Part shown: piece by piece, positions 1 to 9,858 of the stretch | Position numbering within the stretch: position 1 is the first letter of the stretch | Layout of the letters: each line of letters begins with the position of its first letter | From: an uncultured Bacteroidota bacterium | GTDB lineage: Bacteria; Bacteroidota; Ignavibacteria; Palsa-1295 | Length of the DNA stretch: 64,000 bases | Direction: 5' to 3' | Assembly: GCA_963702215.1 (NCBI GenBank) | Contig: OY969726.1 | Span: 1,443,050-1,507,049 of the forward strand | Notes under the pieces: model-generated | The model's database searches: none | The model's input: the letters and a program-made list of their open reading frames with translations, nothing else | What the model was told of the DNA's origin: nothing | Made by a program: the position numbers and the translations under genes

Positions 1-464
1 GCGCACCCGAGATCGAGCAATTTCGGAAAACGGATAACCCGATGGAACTTATATTTCGCATTGCCGAGTCCGATGAATCGAAGCCCTTCCACTTCCACTT
101 CCGGCGCCCCAAGGATGAGCGCCCGCTCGTGGAAGATCCGAACGTCGCCTACATCACCTTTTACTCGCCGCGCACCGGAAGCCCGACGAAGCAGGGAGAG
201 AACCATTTTCTGCTCACGATTTACCGCGAGTCCCTTGCGCACCGGCTCGTTTCGCTCATCCGTATGCTTCAATATGACTTTGCGAATCGTAATATCATTT
301 TTCATTTGGGCTGGCCAACTTCGAATTGGGTCGATCGCTTTTCGACCGGTGTGATGGTCTTTTCGCTGATGCGGCTGCCGAAACGATTTCCGGCATATAG
401 TTTCGTTATCGAATATGAAGGCTCCGAAGAAAAAGCAAAGGAAATAGCGCGCGCAAATGGATGA
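1..464 (+). CDS. 5'-truncated gene; C-terminal soluble domain, possibly of an APC-family permease
   Basis: Frame is open from position 3 to TGA at 464 and overlaps the ispD start; the family assignment is only a resemblance. Confidence 0.5.
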   Translation, partial: APEIEQFRKTDNPMELIFRIAESDESKPFHFHFRRPKDERPLVEDPNVAYITFYSPRTGSPTKQGENHFLLTIYRESLAHRLVSLIRMLQYDFANRNIIFHLGWPTSNWVDRFSTGVMVFSLMRLPKRFPAYSFVIEYEGSEEKAKEIARANG

Positions 465-1242
465 ACTACCGGTAAGCATTCAGCCGTCGAAAAAAGATGG
501 ATTTTCGGATGACCGATCATCCTCGGATGACCGATCATCCTCCGTGCGAGATGTTGCGACCGTGATCGTGGCGGGAGGATTATCGGTTCGCTTTGGGCGG
601 CCAAAGCAGTTCGAAATGCTCGGCCAGCTTCCGATATACCAGTATGTAGCGCGGACGTTCGCGCTGATCGAGTCGATGAACACGGTCGTAATTGTCGGGC
701 CGGAGCGCGATCTGCCGAAAATGCAGAAGGGTATGGAGGCGCTGAACCCGCCCGTGAAATGGAAAGTCGTCGCCGGCGGTGTGACGCGGCAGGATTCCGC
801 AGGCAACGGAATGCGCGCCGTCCATGACGATCCCGAAGTGAAGATCGTGCTGATCCACGATGTCGCGCGGCCTTTGGTGGATGACGTAGTGATTCTTTCG
901 GTCATTGGCGCAATCCGCGAGCACGGCAGCGCGGTTCCCGCAGTCGAGGTGGTCGATACATTAAAGCGCGTGGTGGATGGCGATATCATCGAGACGGTTC
1001 CTCGCGAAAATTTGTGGCGTGCGCAAACGCCGCAGGGCGCGCGGATCGAACTCCTCCGCGCCGCCTTCGCCGCAGCGCGCGATTCGAAATACCAGGCGAC
1101 CGATGAATCCCAACTCCTGGAGCGCATCGGCGAACAGCCGCGCCTGGTTCCGGGAAGCAACCTCAATTTCAAGATCACCTACCCGATCGACTTAGATCGC
1201 GCGCGACTCACGGTGGAACACCGGATTTCTGCGGGGAAATGA
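457..1242 (+). CDS. ispD: 2-C-methyl-D-erythritol 4-phosphate cytidylyltransferase
   Basis: VAGGLSVRFGRPKQF, GGVTRQDS, IHDVARP, RAQTPQ, TDESQL and NFKITYPIDL motifs. Confidence 0.93.
   Translation: MDELPVSIQPSKKDGFSDDRSSSDDRSSSVRDVATVIVAGGLSVRFGRPKQFEMLGQLPIYQYVARTFALIESMNTVVIVGPERDLPKMQKGMEALNPPVKWKVVAGGVTRQDSAGNGMRAVHDDPEVKIVLIHDVARPLVDDVVILSVIGAIREHGSAVPAVEVVDTLKRVVDGDIIETVPRENLWRAQTPQGARIELLRAAFAAARDSKYQATDESQLLERIGEQPRLVPGSNLNFKITYPIDLDRARLTVEHRISAGK
505..540. repeat. Tandem 18-bp repeat containing mini-hairpin GGATGA-CCGA-TCATCC (x2, in frame, encodes SDDRSS x2)
   Basis: TCGGATGACCGATCATCC occurs twice exactly; same family as the hairpins at 31907-32173 and 44015. Confidence 0.9.
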
Positions 1243-1281
1243 AAGCCTCACCGAAATTTCCGAGCGGCTTTCCTTTAATTT
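1241..1281 (+). terminator. Putative intrinsic terminator after ispD
   Basis: GAAAGCC...GGCTTTC stem followed by CTTTAATTT. Confidence 0.5.
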
Positions 1282-1314
1282 GCTCCTCAGTCTCTGGGAG
1301 AGGCTGGGTGCGGC

Positions 1315-3828
1315 TTACTCCTTCACCACCTTCACCATAGTGGCGGTGGCATTCTTGCCAGCGACGATGCGCGCATAATAAATTCCCGCCGGAAGCTTCG
1401 AGAGATCGACTTGTATTTCTCCCTCGCCCTTTGGGAGAGGGTGGGGTGAGGGCAGTTCGCGTACCACTTCCCCCAGCACATTCAGAACCGTTACGCTTAC
1501 CGTGCCGGGTGCCGGCAGGGAGAACGAAAGCGTAACCCGGCCCGTGGCGGGATTGGGAGAGACGGATAAAGCAGGGCCCGTAACTCCCGGCTCAGAAACG
1601 GATGCAGTTGATGGGTTCCCATGTAAGGAATCCGTTCGCACGGCGAGCGAGTCGTCCGAGTTCAGAAGCGCTGGGCTGTGCCAATAAGCTCGCGCGCCGT
1701 TCGGATGCGTGCTCGTGGGTTGATAGATAAACCAAACCGAATCGAGACCGTCATGGCTAATCACGCTCGCCTTTTTGGGAACGGCCACAGAAACCGGTTG
1801 ATACGGCGCAAGGTAAAAATGTATTGGATCGGACACCGAATCCAGCGTCACATTAATATCCTGAGCAGATAGATTGTGAATCACCACTGGCATCTGAACC
1901 CAACCCGTATCCTTTTGAAGCGGCACATTATTCCATATTTGATCATCCACGGTGAAATTCAGCATCGGTTTTGGCTTCGTATAAAACGGCAGATCGAGAC
2001 GCCACAGGGAGCTTGGAATACCGCCAGCGAAGGCCGTGTTCGAATCGACGATGGTAAATGTGGGGTAATGAAGCTGATCCCAGCCCGGAATGGGACTCCA
2101 GTCGGCTCCGGCATCGGTGGTGTAAAACCCGCCGTCATACCAGCGCAGCGTATCTAGAGCCAGGAAGTCGGGATATGCAGGGGTCTTTGGAATAGTGTGC
2201 CATGACAATCCCGCGTCGGATGTATAAACAACACCATTATCGTACCAGTGTCGGGAATCGAAAACGAAGGTTGGAATGTAAGTCGTGTCGGGCACGCGCT
2301 GCCATGAAGCTCCCGCATCGCCGGTGCGGAAAATCGCCCTGCTCGATGTTTCCAGAAAGCCCGTAACGCTATCGATCGGTGTAAAGGTATAACTTAGTTG
2401 GAACGAATCCTTGCGGTAGGGAACGTTGTCGGATTGGTTAACCCAAGTATTGCCAGTATCCCTTGAGACATAAAGATCGAGATCGTTACTCGCCCAGAGG
2501 GTTCCATCCGAGGTTCTGGAAATATACCCTGCGGAAGCGCCGGGATAACCAAAGTGCAACGTATTGAAGCTCTGCCCAAAATCGCTCGTCCAGAGAACTT
2601 TATCAGGGGCAGCCATGAAAAGCCGCTTCCCAATGACTGTCCCCCAAGGCCTATGAACAGGAACTATAGGAAGCTGAAAAAGCGGCGCCCAGGCAGCGCC
2701 TCGATCCGTCGAAAGGCAGACGTAATTAGTTCCGTAACAAGCGCCAAGGGAATAATAGGAGGACTGGTCGAAGCTGGAGGGAATGATAATCGGCGCGCCA
2801 GCGGCATAGACGGTCGTGTCGAGACAATCCCAGCTTTGCCCACCGTTATCGGTGCGAGCCGTCCCCACGATAAGGCCATGAAGGGAATCTCTAAAGACAA
2901 TATTCACTGGCCCATTTACACAGCCTGACGAGACCTGCTGCCATGAGGTGCCTTGATCGGTGGACCGAATCAGAGCTTTGACGTAGCCCCCATCGAACGG
3001 ATTATAGCTTGCCATCGCGTACCAGAGGCTATCCTTCAGGATCTGTAAGCTCGTGTAATTGTCCAGAACCTTCCAGGTGTGGCCAGTATCCGCACTCACA
3101 TAGTCGGCCGTGGATGGCCCTGGTGCGGGACCTACGAAGAGCACATTTGGCGCAAGATAGCTTAACGTTCCACTCGCCTGTCTTGGGAAAAGGACCGTAT
3201 CCCAGGTTTTTCCAGCGTTGTGGGTCCGGGCGACGTATGTGCTATCTCCCCTGGAATTGAACCCAGCGAAGCGAGCGCCATGGTCCTCATCGTACCACGA
3301 CATCGTGCCAGCCGGTGCAGGGAACGGAAGGGTATCCCAGCTTAGATTGCCCAAGTCCCTGGTCAGTATGACATGCCTTGACGTCGAGAACCAATATAGG
3401 ATACCGGCAAATGCCGATCCGTTGGCAATCACGGAATCTTTCCCGGGGTTTTGTGGCTTGAGCGTGCGACGCCAGGTAAGTCCGTCGTTAAAGCTCTCCA
3501 TTGGGGAGCCATTTGAATCAATCTGCCATATCGGCCCATATCGATATCCAAAGACTTCAGCCTCCTCACTCGGGAACGAAATCATAGAGCCGCCCAAAGA
3601 ATCACGATGGTCGAAGGTCCTTCCGCCATCGGTCGAAAACCAAATGCCTGCATCACGCCCGTCATTAGTTAAAATGATTGAGTCGGTGCCACAGTACGCG
3701 ATTGGTCTATCGGATAAGCCGATCCACGAAGGACTGGGCTGTAGCAAAACAGGGATTGTATCCGGCTGCGCAAGAACGCGCGCAGCCGGGATTGCCAGGA
3801 TCAAAAAGGCAAGCCGCAATCGCTTCAT
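1315..3828 (-). CDS. Secreted BNR/Asp-box beta-propeller protein with T9SS type A sorting domain
   Basis: Signal peptide, many S.D.G.TW repeats, C-terminal SPNP...VLNVLGE...GIYYARI...KVVKE. Confidence 0.88.
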   Translation of the reverse strand: MKRLRLAFLILAIPAARVLAQPDTIPVLLQPSPSWIGLSDRPIAYCGTDSIILTNDGRDAGIWFSTDGGRTFDHRDSLGGSMISFPSEEAEVFGYRYGPIWQIDSNGSPMESFNDGLTWRRTLKPQNPGKDSVIANGSAFAGILYWFSTSRHVILTRDLGNLSWDTLPFPAPAGTMSWYDEDHGARFAGFNSRGDSTYVARTHNAGKTWDTVLFPRQASGTLSYLAPNVLFVGPAPGPSTADYVSADTGHTWKVLDNYTSLQILKDSLWYAMASYNPFDGGYVKALIRSTDQGTSWQQVSSGCVNGPVNIVFRDSLHGLIVGTARTDNGGQSWDCLDTTVYAAGAPIIIPSSFDQSSYYSLGACYGTNYVCLSTDRGAAWAPLFQLPIVPVHRPWGTVIGKRLFMAAPDKVLWTSDFGQSFNTLHFGYPGASAGYISRTSDGTLWASNDLDLYVSRDTGNTWVNQSDNVPYRKDSFQLSYTFTPIDSVTGFLETSSRAIFRTGDAGASWQRVPDTTYIPTFVFDSRHWYDNGVVYTSDAGLSWHTIPKTPAYPDFLALDTLRWYDGGFYTTDAGADWSPIPGWDQLHYPTFTIVDSNTAFAGGIPSSLWRLDLPFYTKPKPMLNFTVDDQIWNNVPLQKDTGWVQMPVVIHNLSAQDINVTLDSVSDPIHFYLAPYQPVSVAVPKKASVISHDGLDSVWFIYQPTSTHPNGARAYWHSPALLNSDDSLAVRTDSLHGNPSTASVSEPGVTGPALSVSPNPATGRVTLSFSLPAPGTVSVTVLNVLGEVVRELPSPHPLPKGEGEIQVDLSKLPAGIYYARIVAGKNATATMVKVVKE
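1419..1453 (-). repeat. Palindromic REP-like element embedded in frame in the T9SS CTD (encodes LPSPHPLPKGEG); degenerate relative at 1283-1314
   Basis: Minus strand GCCCTCACCCCACCCTCTCCCAAAGGGCGAGGGAG matches the widespread CCCTCACCCC..CCCTCTCCC..GGGAGAGGG repeat type. Confidence 0.7.
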
Positions 3829-4229
3829 TTCTCAAGCACAACCTTTCTAATACCGAGCACGCCGCCGGCGACATACCGGACAAAACTGGATTCCGAAGCA
3901 AGGCATCCGGAATCGAGCGCAATCGAGCGCAGCCTTTCGGCTTGCGTCCGCTCCTTCCCGGAAGTGATTGTTCCACACGGTAGCATAGCCTCCATCAGGT
4001 ACAGGACACAACAAGCCTGTTAAAAGTTACACGAAGCGTACGAGAGCAAGCATTTCATCAATGAATAAATGCGAAATCGTTCGATTTTCGGGATTTTAGG
4101 GGAACTTCGCTCATTCCATGAACGGATTCATGAAAACGAAACGCAATTAAAAATCACAGCGAAAAACATTTACGACCACGCGCGCGCAATAAATCTGGTA
4201 TTTGCCCGTTCTGACGCTGAAAATTTGCG

Positions 4230-4237
4230 TATTTTTG
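4230..4237 (+). promoter_or_regulatory. Bacteroidota-type -7 promoter element
   Basis: TATTTTTG matches TAnnTTTG, about 28 bp upstream of the ABC ATPase ATG. Confidence 0.5.
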
Positions 4238-4264
4238 TTATCTAATTTAAAAAATCGCTTTTTT

Positions 4265-4945
4265 ATGCCGGATTCCATTGTCGCAGTCAAGAACGTAACG
4301 AAAAACTATAAGCGGGATACGATGACGATCCCGGTGCTGCAGAATATCTCGCTGGAGGTTCCCGAAGGCGAGTTCCTTGCGCTCATGGGGCCTTCGGGTT
4401 CCGGGAAAACGACGCTGCTCAATCTCGTGGCCGGCATCGACCGCCCGAACAGCGGCTCGATTACGATTGCTGGAACCGATATTGCGACGCTGAACGAATC
4501 GGCGCTCGCAAAATGGCGCTCGCGGCATGTGGGCTTCGTCTTTCAATTCTATAATTTACTTCCTGTTCTCACCGCCTATGAGAATGTGGAACTTCCGCTG
4601 CTGCTCACGAATCTTTCGAAAGCACAGCGGAAGGAGCATGTCGAAACCGCGCTCGGCGTTGTGGGTTTGGGCGAGCGGATGAATCATTATCCAAAGCAGC
4701 TTTCGGGCGGGCAGGAGCAGCGTGTGGCGATTGCCCGCGCCATCGTTACCGACCCAACCATCATCGTCGCGGACGAACCGACCGGCGATCTCGATCGCAC
4801 TTCCGCAGAGGATGTGCTGAATCTATTAGAGCAGCTCAATCAGGAATTCAAAAAGACGATCGTGATGGTGACGCACGATCCGAATGCGGCCGCCAAAGCG
4901 CACATAACGCGGCATCTGGATAAGGGAACACTTTCGGTGAACTGA
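4265..4945 (+). CDS. ABC transporter ATP-binding protein (LolD/MacB family)
   Basis: [35 protein letters not shown]. Confidence 0.95.
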   Translation: MPDSIVAVKNVTKNYKRDTMTIPVLQNISLEVPEGEFLALMGPSGSGKTTLLNLVAGIDRPNSGSITIAGTDIATLNESALAKWRSRHVGFVFQFYNLLPVLTAYENVELPLLLTNLSKAQRKEHVETALGVVGLGERMNHYPKQLSGGQEQRVAIARAIVTDPTIIVADEPTGDLDRTSAEDVLNLLEQLNQEFKKTIVMVTHDPNAAAKAHITRHLDKGTLSVN

Positions 4946-4946
4946 T

Positions 4947-6104
4947 ATGAAAATCGTCAAGCTCATTTTCAAGAACGTTTTTCGGCATAAGCTGCGGGCG
5001 TTTCTTACGATTCTCGGGGTTGCCATCGCCGTGATGGCCTTCGGGCTGCTGCGCACGCTCGTTACGTCCTGGTACGCGGGCGCGAATGCCGCCGCACCGG
5101 ACCGGCTCGTCACGCGTAATTCTGTCTCGTTTATATTTCCGCTGCCGCTTTCCTATCGCGATCAAATCGCGCGGGTTCCCGGCGTGAAGAGTGTCACGTA
5201 TGAGAATTGGTTTGGCGGCCAATATATCGATAAGAACCATTTCTTCGCGCGCATTGCTTGCGATCCGCAAACGATGCTCGCGATGTATCCCGAATATGTG
5301 ATGCCGCCCGATCAGGTTGCAGCATTCGAAAAAGAGCGCGATGCCTGCATCGTCGGCCAAAAATTAGCGGATCAATACCATTTCAAGATCGGTGACGTCA
5401 TTCCCATCACCGGGGATATTTTCCCAGGCCAGTGGCAGTTTGTCGTGAGAGGAATTTATCATGGAAAAACTGCGGCCATCGAAGAAAACACGATGTTCTT
5501 CCAATGGGATTATTTGAACGAATCGCTCCTCAAAACTACGCCCTCTCGCGCGAATAAAGTTGGCTGGTACGCGGTGCAGGTGAATAATCCCGCGGATGCC
5601 GCGCGCGTGTCCCAAAATGTGGACGCGCTCTTCTCGAACTCGGCCGCCGAAACGAAAACCGAGACGGAAAAAGCGTTCCAGGCCGGATTTATTTCGATGT
5701 CCAGCGCGATCATCACCTCTCTTCAAATTATTTCTTACGTCATCATTGGAATTATTTTCCTCGTGCTCGCGAACACGATGATCATGACGGCCCGCGAGCG
5801 CATTCGAGAGTACGCAGTTCTAAAAACCCTTGGATTTACCGGGAAGCATCTCGTACTCCTCATTTTTGGCGAATCGCTTTCCATCGCGATCTTGGGCGGC
5901 ATTGTTGGAATCCTCATCACGTTCCCGATGGCCGCGGGATTTGCGAAAGGCATGGCGAATTTCATTCCCACGTTTATCGTCGAAGGCGAGACGCTCCTGT
6001 TGGCGGGTGTGTTCGCCATTCTCGTCGGAATTGTTTCGGCAATCTTTCCGGCCAATCGTGCGCTCAAGATGAAGATCGTCGATGGGTTACGACAAGTCGG
6101 TTAA
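4947..6104 (+). CDS. ABC transporter permease (MacB/FtsX family)
   Basis: N-terminal TM, periplasmic domain, RERIREYAVLKTLGF plus 3 TMs. Confidence 0.93.
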   Translation: MKIVKLIFKNVFRHKLRAFLTILGVAIAVMAFGLLRTLVTSWYAGANAAAPDRLVTRNSVSFIFPLPLSYRDQIARVPGVKSVTYENWFGGQYIDKNHFFARIACDPQTMLAMYPEYVMPPDQVAAFEKERDACIVGQKLADQYHFKIGDVIPITGDIFPGQWQFVVRGIYHGKTAAIEENTMFFQWDYLNESLLKTTPSRANKVGWYAVQVNNPADAARVSQNVDALFSNSAAETKTETEKAFQAGFISMSSAIITSLQIISYVIIGIIFLVLANTMIMTARERIREYAVLKTLGFTGKHLVLLIFGESLSIAILGGIVGILITFPMAAGFAKGMANFIPTFIVEGETLLLAGVFAILVGIVSAIFPANRALKMKIVDGLRQVG

Positions 6105-6110
6105 AATGAC

Positions 6111-7286
6111 ATGAAAATTCCATTAAGCTATAGTTTCCGTTCCCTCTGGACGCGCAAGCTGACGACCATTCTCACGATCGCCGGTGTGGCGCTCGTCGCC
6201 TTCGTGTTTACCGCCGTGCTCATGCTTGCCAACGGCGTGAAGAACACGATGGTCGCTACCGGCTCGGCGGATAACGCGATCGTGCTCAGAAAATCCGCGG
6301 AAAGCGAAACGCTGAGCATCATTACGTTCGACGAAGCAGATGTGATCGGCACGCAGCCGGAGATCGCGCTGGCAAGTGATGGCAAGCCGCTGATGTCCAA
6401 AGAGGTGCTTACCCTTATCAATTTGCAGAAGCATGGCGCGAACCCGAACGACCTTTCGAACGTGACGGTGCGCGGCGTTACGCCGGATGGAATCTTACTC
6501 CGTCCGCAGGTGAAATTGACGCACGGAAGAATGTTCAACTTTGGCGCTTCGGAACTAATTGTAGGCAATCAAATCGCCGATCGTTTCGATGGCATGGCGA
6601 TTGGCAACTCGATAAAATTTGCGGGACGCGAGTGGAAGATCGTCGGCCACTTCAATGCGGGCCGCAGCGGATTCGCTTCGGACATTTGGGGCGATCAGAA
6701 CCAAATTCTTCAGGCCTTCAACCGGCAGGCGTATTCTTCGGTGGTAATGCGACTGAAAGATCCCAAAGATTTCGCCGCGCTCAAAGCTCGTTTCGATAGC
6801 GATCCGCGCCTGAACGAACTCAAGATCGAGCCGGAAAAGCAATTCTATGCCGAGCAATCGGAAACGCTCGCGAACTTTATCCGAATTTTGGGAATCGTCA
6901 TCACCGTGATTTTCAGCTTTGGAGCGATGATTGGGGCGATGATTACGATGTACGCATCGGTGGCCAATCGCACGGTGGAAATCGGCACGTTGCGCGCGCT
7001 TGGCTTCCAGCGCCGAAGCGTGCTCAGCGCATTCCTGATCGAATCACTCTTTATTGCATTGCTCGGCGCCGGAGTGGGGCTTGTCTGCGCAACGCTTCTT
7101 TCGTTCCTCACCATCTCCACCACCGATTTTAGTTCCTTCGCCGAAATTGCGTTCGGCTTCACGATGACAGGAGGCATCGTCCTTGCCACGCTGATCTTTG
7201 CGATCGTGATGGGCTTCGTCGGCGGATTCCTTCCCAGTTTTCGCGCCGCGCGGCTGGATATCGTGAATGCACTACGATCGGCGTAA
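6111..7286 (+). CDS. ABC transporter permease (MacB/FtsX family)
   Basis: RTVEIGTLRALGF; ends FLPSFRAARLDIVNALRSA. Confidence 0.93.
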   Translation: MKIPLSYSFRSLWTRKLTTILTIAGVALVAFVFTAVLMLANGVKNTMVATGSADNAIVLRKSAESETLSIITFDEADVIGTQPEIALASDGKPLMSKEVLTLINLQKHGANPNDLSNVTVRGVTPDGILLRPQVKLTHGRMFNFGASELIVGNQIADRFDGMAIGNSIKFAGREWKIVGHFNAGRSGFASDIWGDQNQILQAFNRQAYSSVVMRLKDPKDFAALKARFDSDPRLNELKIEPEKQFYAEQSETLANFIRILGIVITVIFSFGAMIGAMITMYASVANRTVEIGTLRALGFQRRSVLSAFLIESLFIALLGAGVGLVCATLLSFLTISTTDFSSFAEIAFGFTMTGGIVLATLIFAIVMGFVGGFLPSFRAARLDIVNALRSA

Positions 7287-7583
7287 TCATCGCGCCAGTT
7301 TTCTTCGAAGGTCCTGCCGTCCGCTCATGACGGCAAGTATTTCGATCCAGTCTTTTCGAATCTCATAAACGATTCGGTAGCCTTCCACAATGAGTTCTCG
7401 GATTGTCCCAACCCGGAGCTCGGGAACTTCGCGGCCGGAGCGTGGAAACTCGGTCAAGCGATCAACACTGTAATACAGGCGATTAACGATCACTTCCGCG
7501 AAATGCGGAGAATTGCGCTCAATAAACATTCCGATCTCCGAAATGTCTTCAAGTGCCTGCAGCGACCACTTTACTTGACCCAC
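7287..7583 (-). CDS. RelE/ParE family toxin
   Basis: WSLQALEDISEI...FPRSGREVPE...RELIVEGYRIVYEI. Confidence 0.9.
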   Translation of the reverse strand: MGQVKWSLQALEDISEIGMFIERNSPHFAEVIVNRLYYSVDRLTEFPRSGREVPELRVGTIRELIVEGYRIVYEIRKDWIEILAVMSGRQDLRRKLAR

Positions 7584-7774
7584 TTCCGTAATCGTTCCTT
7601 CGCTTCGGCATGGCTGAGTGTCCGACCAGCCCGGATGTCTTCACGGCCTCGCTCAATTTTTTGAAGCACATAGAGCTCATACATCATTTCTTCGTACGAG
7701 GCCGAATCCTTCAAGTGCGAAATGGCCTTCATCGCCGTTTGTTTCGGTTTGCGAGTGGTGCTTTTAACTGGCAT
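7571..7774 (-). CDS. Cognate antitoxin
   Basis: SYEEMMYELYVLQKIERGREDIRAGRTLSHAEAKERL; overlaps the toxin start. Confidence 0.85.
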   Translation of the reverse strand: MPVKSTTRKPKQTAMKAISHLKDSASYEEMMYELYVLQKIERGREDIRAGRTLSHAEAKERLRKWVK

Positions 7775-7839
7775 ATTTTTTAATAACGAGCGTATCCGTC
7801 GGCGCGTTTCCAGTTCCATACCTCCTTTTTCAGAGCTAT

Positions 7840-7914
7840 GGCTTCGTCGGCGGATTCCATCCCAGCTTCCGCGCCGCGCGGCTGGATATTGTGAATGCGC
7901 TACGGTCGGCTTAG
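7840..7914 (+). repeat. Diverged copy 2 of the permease 3' end (7212-7286)
   Basis: 67/75 nt identical; 7 of the 8 differences are synonymous. Confidence 0.95.
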
Positions 7915-9764
7915 GGATCTTTCACGCAGCGGCAGGAGTAACCCGCTCCTTGATAATACTGACCCGAGTCAAGGTTGGCGGAATTATAAGTCAGAGCGTA
8001 AGTGCCTCCCCAGAACGAGCCATCCGGGGCAGGATTCGCGGTACTCTGAAAGGTATCCCAAAAGTTGGAGGTGAGCCCAACATCGACAACAGGATGGGAG
8101 ACGCCGAGGCTTTGCCCCGCCGGTACCGCGAAAAATCCACTGCTGTTTGTAGCTCCGGTGTTTGGGCTCTGCCAAAGATTGGTTGTTTTCATCGCGCCGC
8201 CTGCAACCGCATTCCCGCCTAAGAATGCGGCGAGCTGCGAAAATTCTGCCGGGCTTGGAACGTGCCATCCTTTCGGGCAAATGCCCTGCACGCCGCTCGG
8301 GTTTGCTGTGCTCGGGGCCGCACCCTGCATCACCGCTGTCCAAGTGTAGATCCGGCCATAAATTGGGCCATTCGCAGGATCGTCATTGTACAGCATACTC
8401 CCCGGCGCGTTATAATTCAGGTTCTGCGCCATCCAGGTTTGCGTGCCGATGCAAACCGCGCGATACACCTGCCCATCTCGCGCATCGGTGAACGAATCGA
8501 TGCAGGTCCCGTAGCTATAGTTGTCGGAACCGAAATGACGAAAAAAGAGCGAGCGCTTCCAATCGGAACTGAATTCGCTCGTGTTGTCTGATTTCAAATT
8601 GGCTATCCCGGTGCTGTCCTGATCGATGACAAGGCGGGTCAGCAGGGAATCTTCCATGAGCCGAGCAAAATCGTCATCGACGCTATAGGAAATCTCTGAT
8701 CCTGGTGCTCCTATAACATAACAATAATAGCTGATGGGGTTCAGGTTCAAAAACGCGGTGCGGATCGGAGTTTGTAAACCCTCATTCACAAAGGCATTTC
8801 CACTGTAGCACATATTGCCAAAAATAGCTGTGCCAGAGAGGGGAGCGAGCGTGCTCAGGTACTTCAATGTCACCCATTGAGTACGAAGACTATCGGGAAT
8901 TGCCTTTTTCTGCCATTGGGGATCGCTCAAGTTCGCTTTCACGCTCGAGCCTAAGGAAATATTTCCCGTCGTTAGCTGCGTGTAATTATCGAGAGAAGTT
9001 TGAGATGACACTAATGCTTTCATAGCACTCTCGTTGGCTGGACGAACGGGGATGGAAAGAGTGGAACCAATCAGAAAGCCATCTCTTTGGCCGTGCGTAT
9101 CGAGGATCACCAGCCCATAACTGCCGAATGTCGAAACAGCCTCGTACGTACATTGTTTGTTGACGAGCGTGGTAAGCTTCAACCCTAAGCTGGAACTCGA
9201 GAGGAGCTTCGCGGCAGACTTCAGTTGCCCCGAAAGTTCAAGAGAGGTAGTATCGGAAGCGAAGACCAAAACATTTTTATTCGTAATGGCGTGCGTGGCT
9301 GGGACTCCTTGTGGGGACATGGGGTCCTCCTCGATGATTTTGTCTTCGCGAGGCGTCGCTTCGGCATCGAAGGTTCCGTTCCTCCGCTCATCTTGACCGC
9401 GAGGAATATATTTTCCGGCACCGCGGAAAACATCCTTCCCATTGGCATCGACTTGTTCGAAATAGAACACGGTCGTTAATCCGGACTTCAGCGCAATGTT
9501 AATATAGACGCTATCGTCGCACACCACCGAAGCGACATTCGGCAGGGTCTGAAGCCAATCGGCAGTCTCAATGATGGCCTGATACGGATTACCGTTCGTC
9601 TGTTGAGCATAAGCGATGAATACCTTACCGGTCGTGTCGAGAATAGTGTTGACATCCAACACTGATGTCGAAGTAGGCGTCCCTTCCATGGTTTGTGTCG
9701 GCGCTTTGCACCGCGAGAAAGCGAACGCTAACGCGAAAAGCGCAGCGAGTTTTAGGACCTTCAT
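7911..9764 (-). CDS. Lipoprotein with C-terminal FISUMP (Fibrobacter succinogenes major paralogous) domain
   Basis: Signal peptide ending FSRC; FTDARDGQVY...WMAQNLNY...GICPKGWHVPS...SCRCVKD. Confidence 0.85.
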   Translation of the reverse strand: MKVLKLAALFALAFAFSRCKAPTQTMEGTPTSTSVLDVNTILDTTGKVFIAYAQQTNGNPYQAIIETADWLQTLPNVASVVCDDSVYINIALKSGLTTVFYFEQVDANGKDVFRGAGKYIPRGQDERRNGTFDAEATPREDKIIEEDPMSPQGVPATHAITNKNVLVFASDTTSLELSGQLKSAAKLLSSSSLGLKLTTLVNKQCTYEAVSTFGSYGLVILDTHGQRDGFLIGSTLSIPVRPANESAMKALVSSQTSLDNYTQLTTGNISLGSSVKANLSDPQWQKKAIPDSLRTQWVTLKYLSTLAPLSGTAIFGNMCYSGNAFVNEGLQTPIRTAFLNLNPISYYCYVIGAPGSEISYSVDDDFARLMEDSLLTRLVIDQDSTGIANLKSDNTSEFSSDWKRSLFFRHFGSDNYSYGTCIDSFTDARDGQVYRAVCIGTQTWMAQNLNYNAPGSMLYNDDPANGPIYGRIYTWTAVMQGAAPSTANPSGVQGICPKGWHVPSPAEFSQLAAFLGGNAVAGGAMKTTNLWQSPNTGATNSSGFFAVPAGQSLGVSHPVVDVGLTSNFWDTFQSTANPAPDGSFWGGTYALTYNSANLDSGQYYQGAGYSCRCVKDP

Positions 9765-9858
9765 AAATTTTTCTCCCATTAAAAAACCGTCATGGAAAAA
9801 TCGCAACTCCAAAGATAACCCAAAGAATCCCGGGCCGGCTAGAAAATCTGCACCACCC

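Noticed and set aside
4117-4132. CATGAA-CGGA-TTCATG as an eighth mini-hairpin
   Set aside because: Stem and loop differ from the family; equally plausible as an operator or chance palindrome
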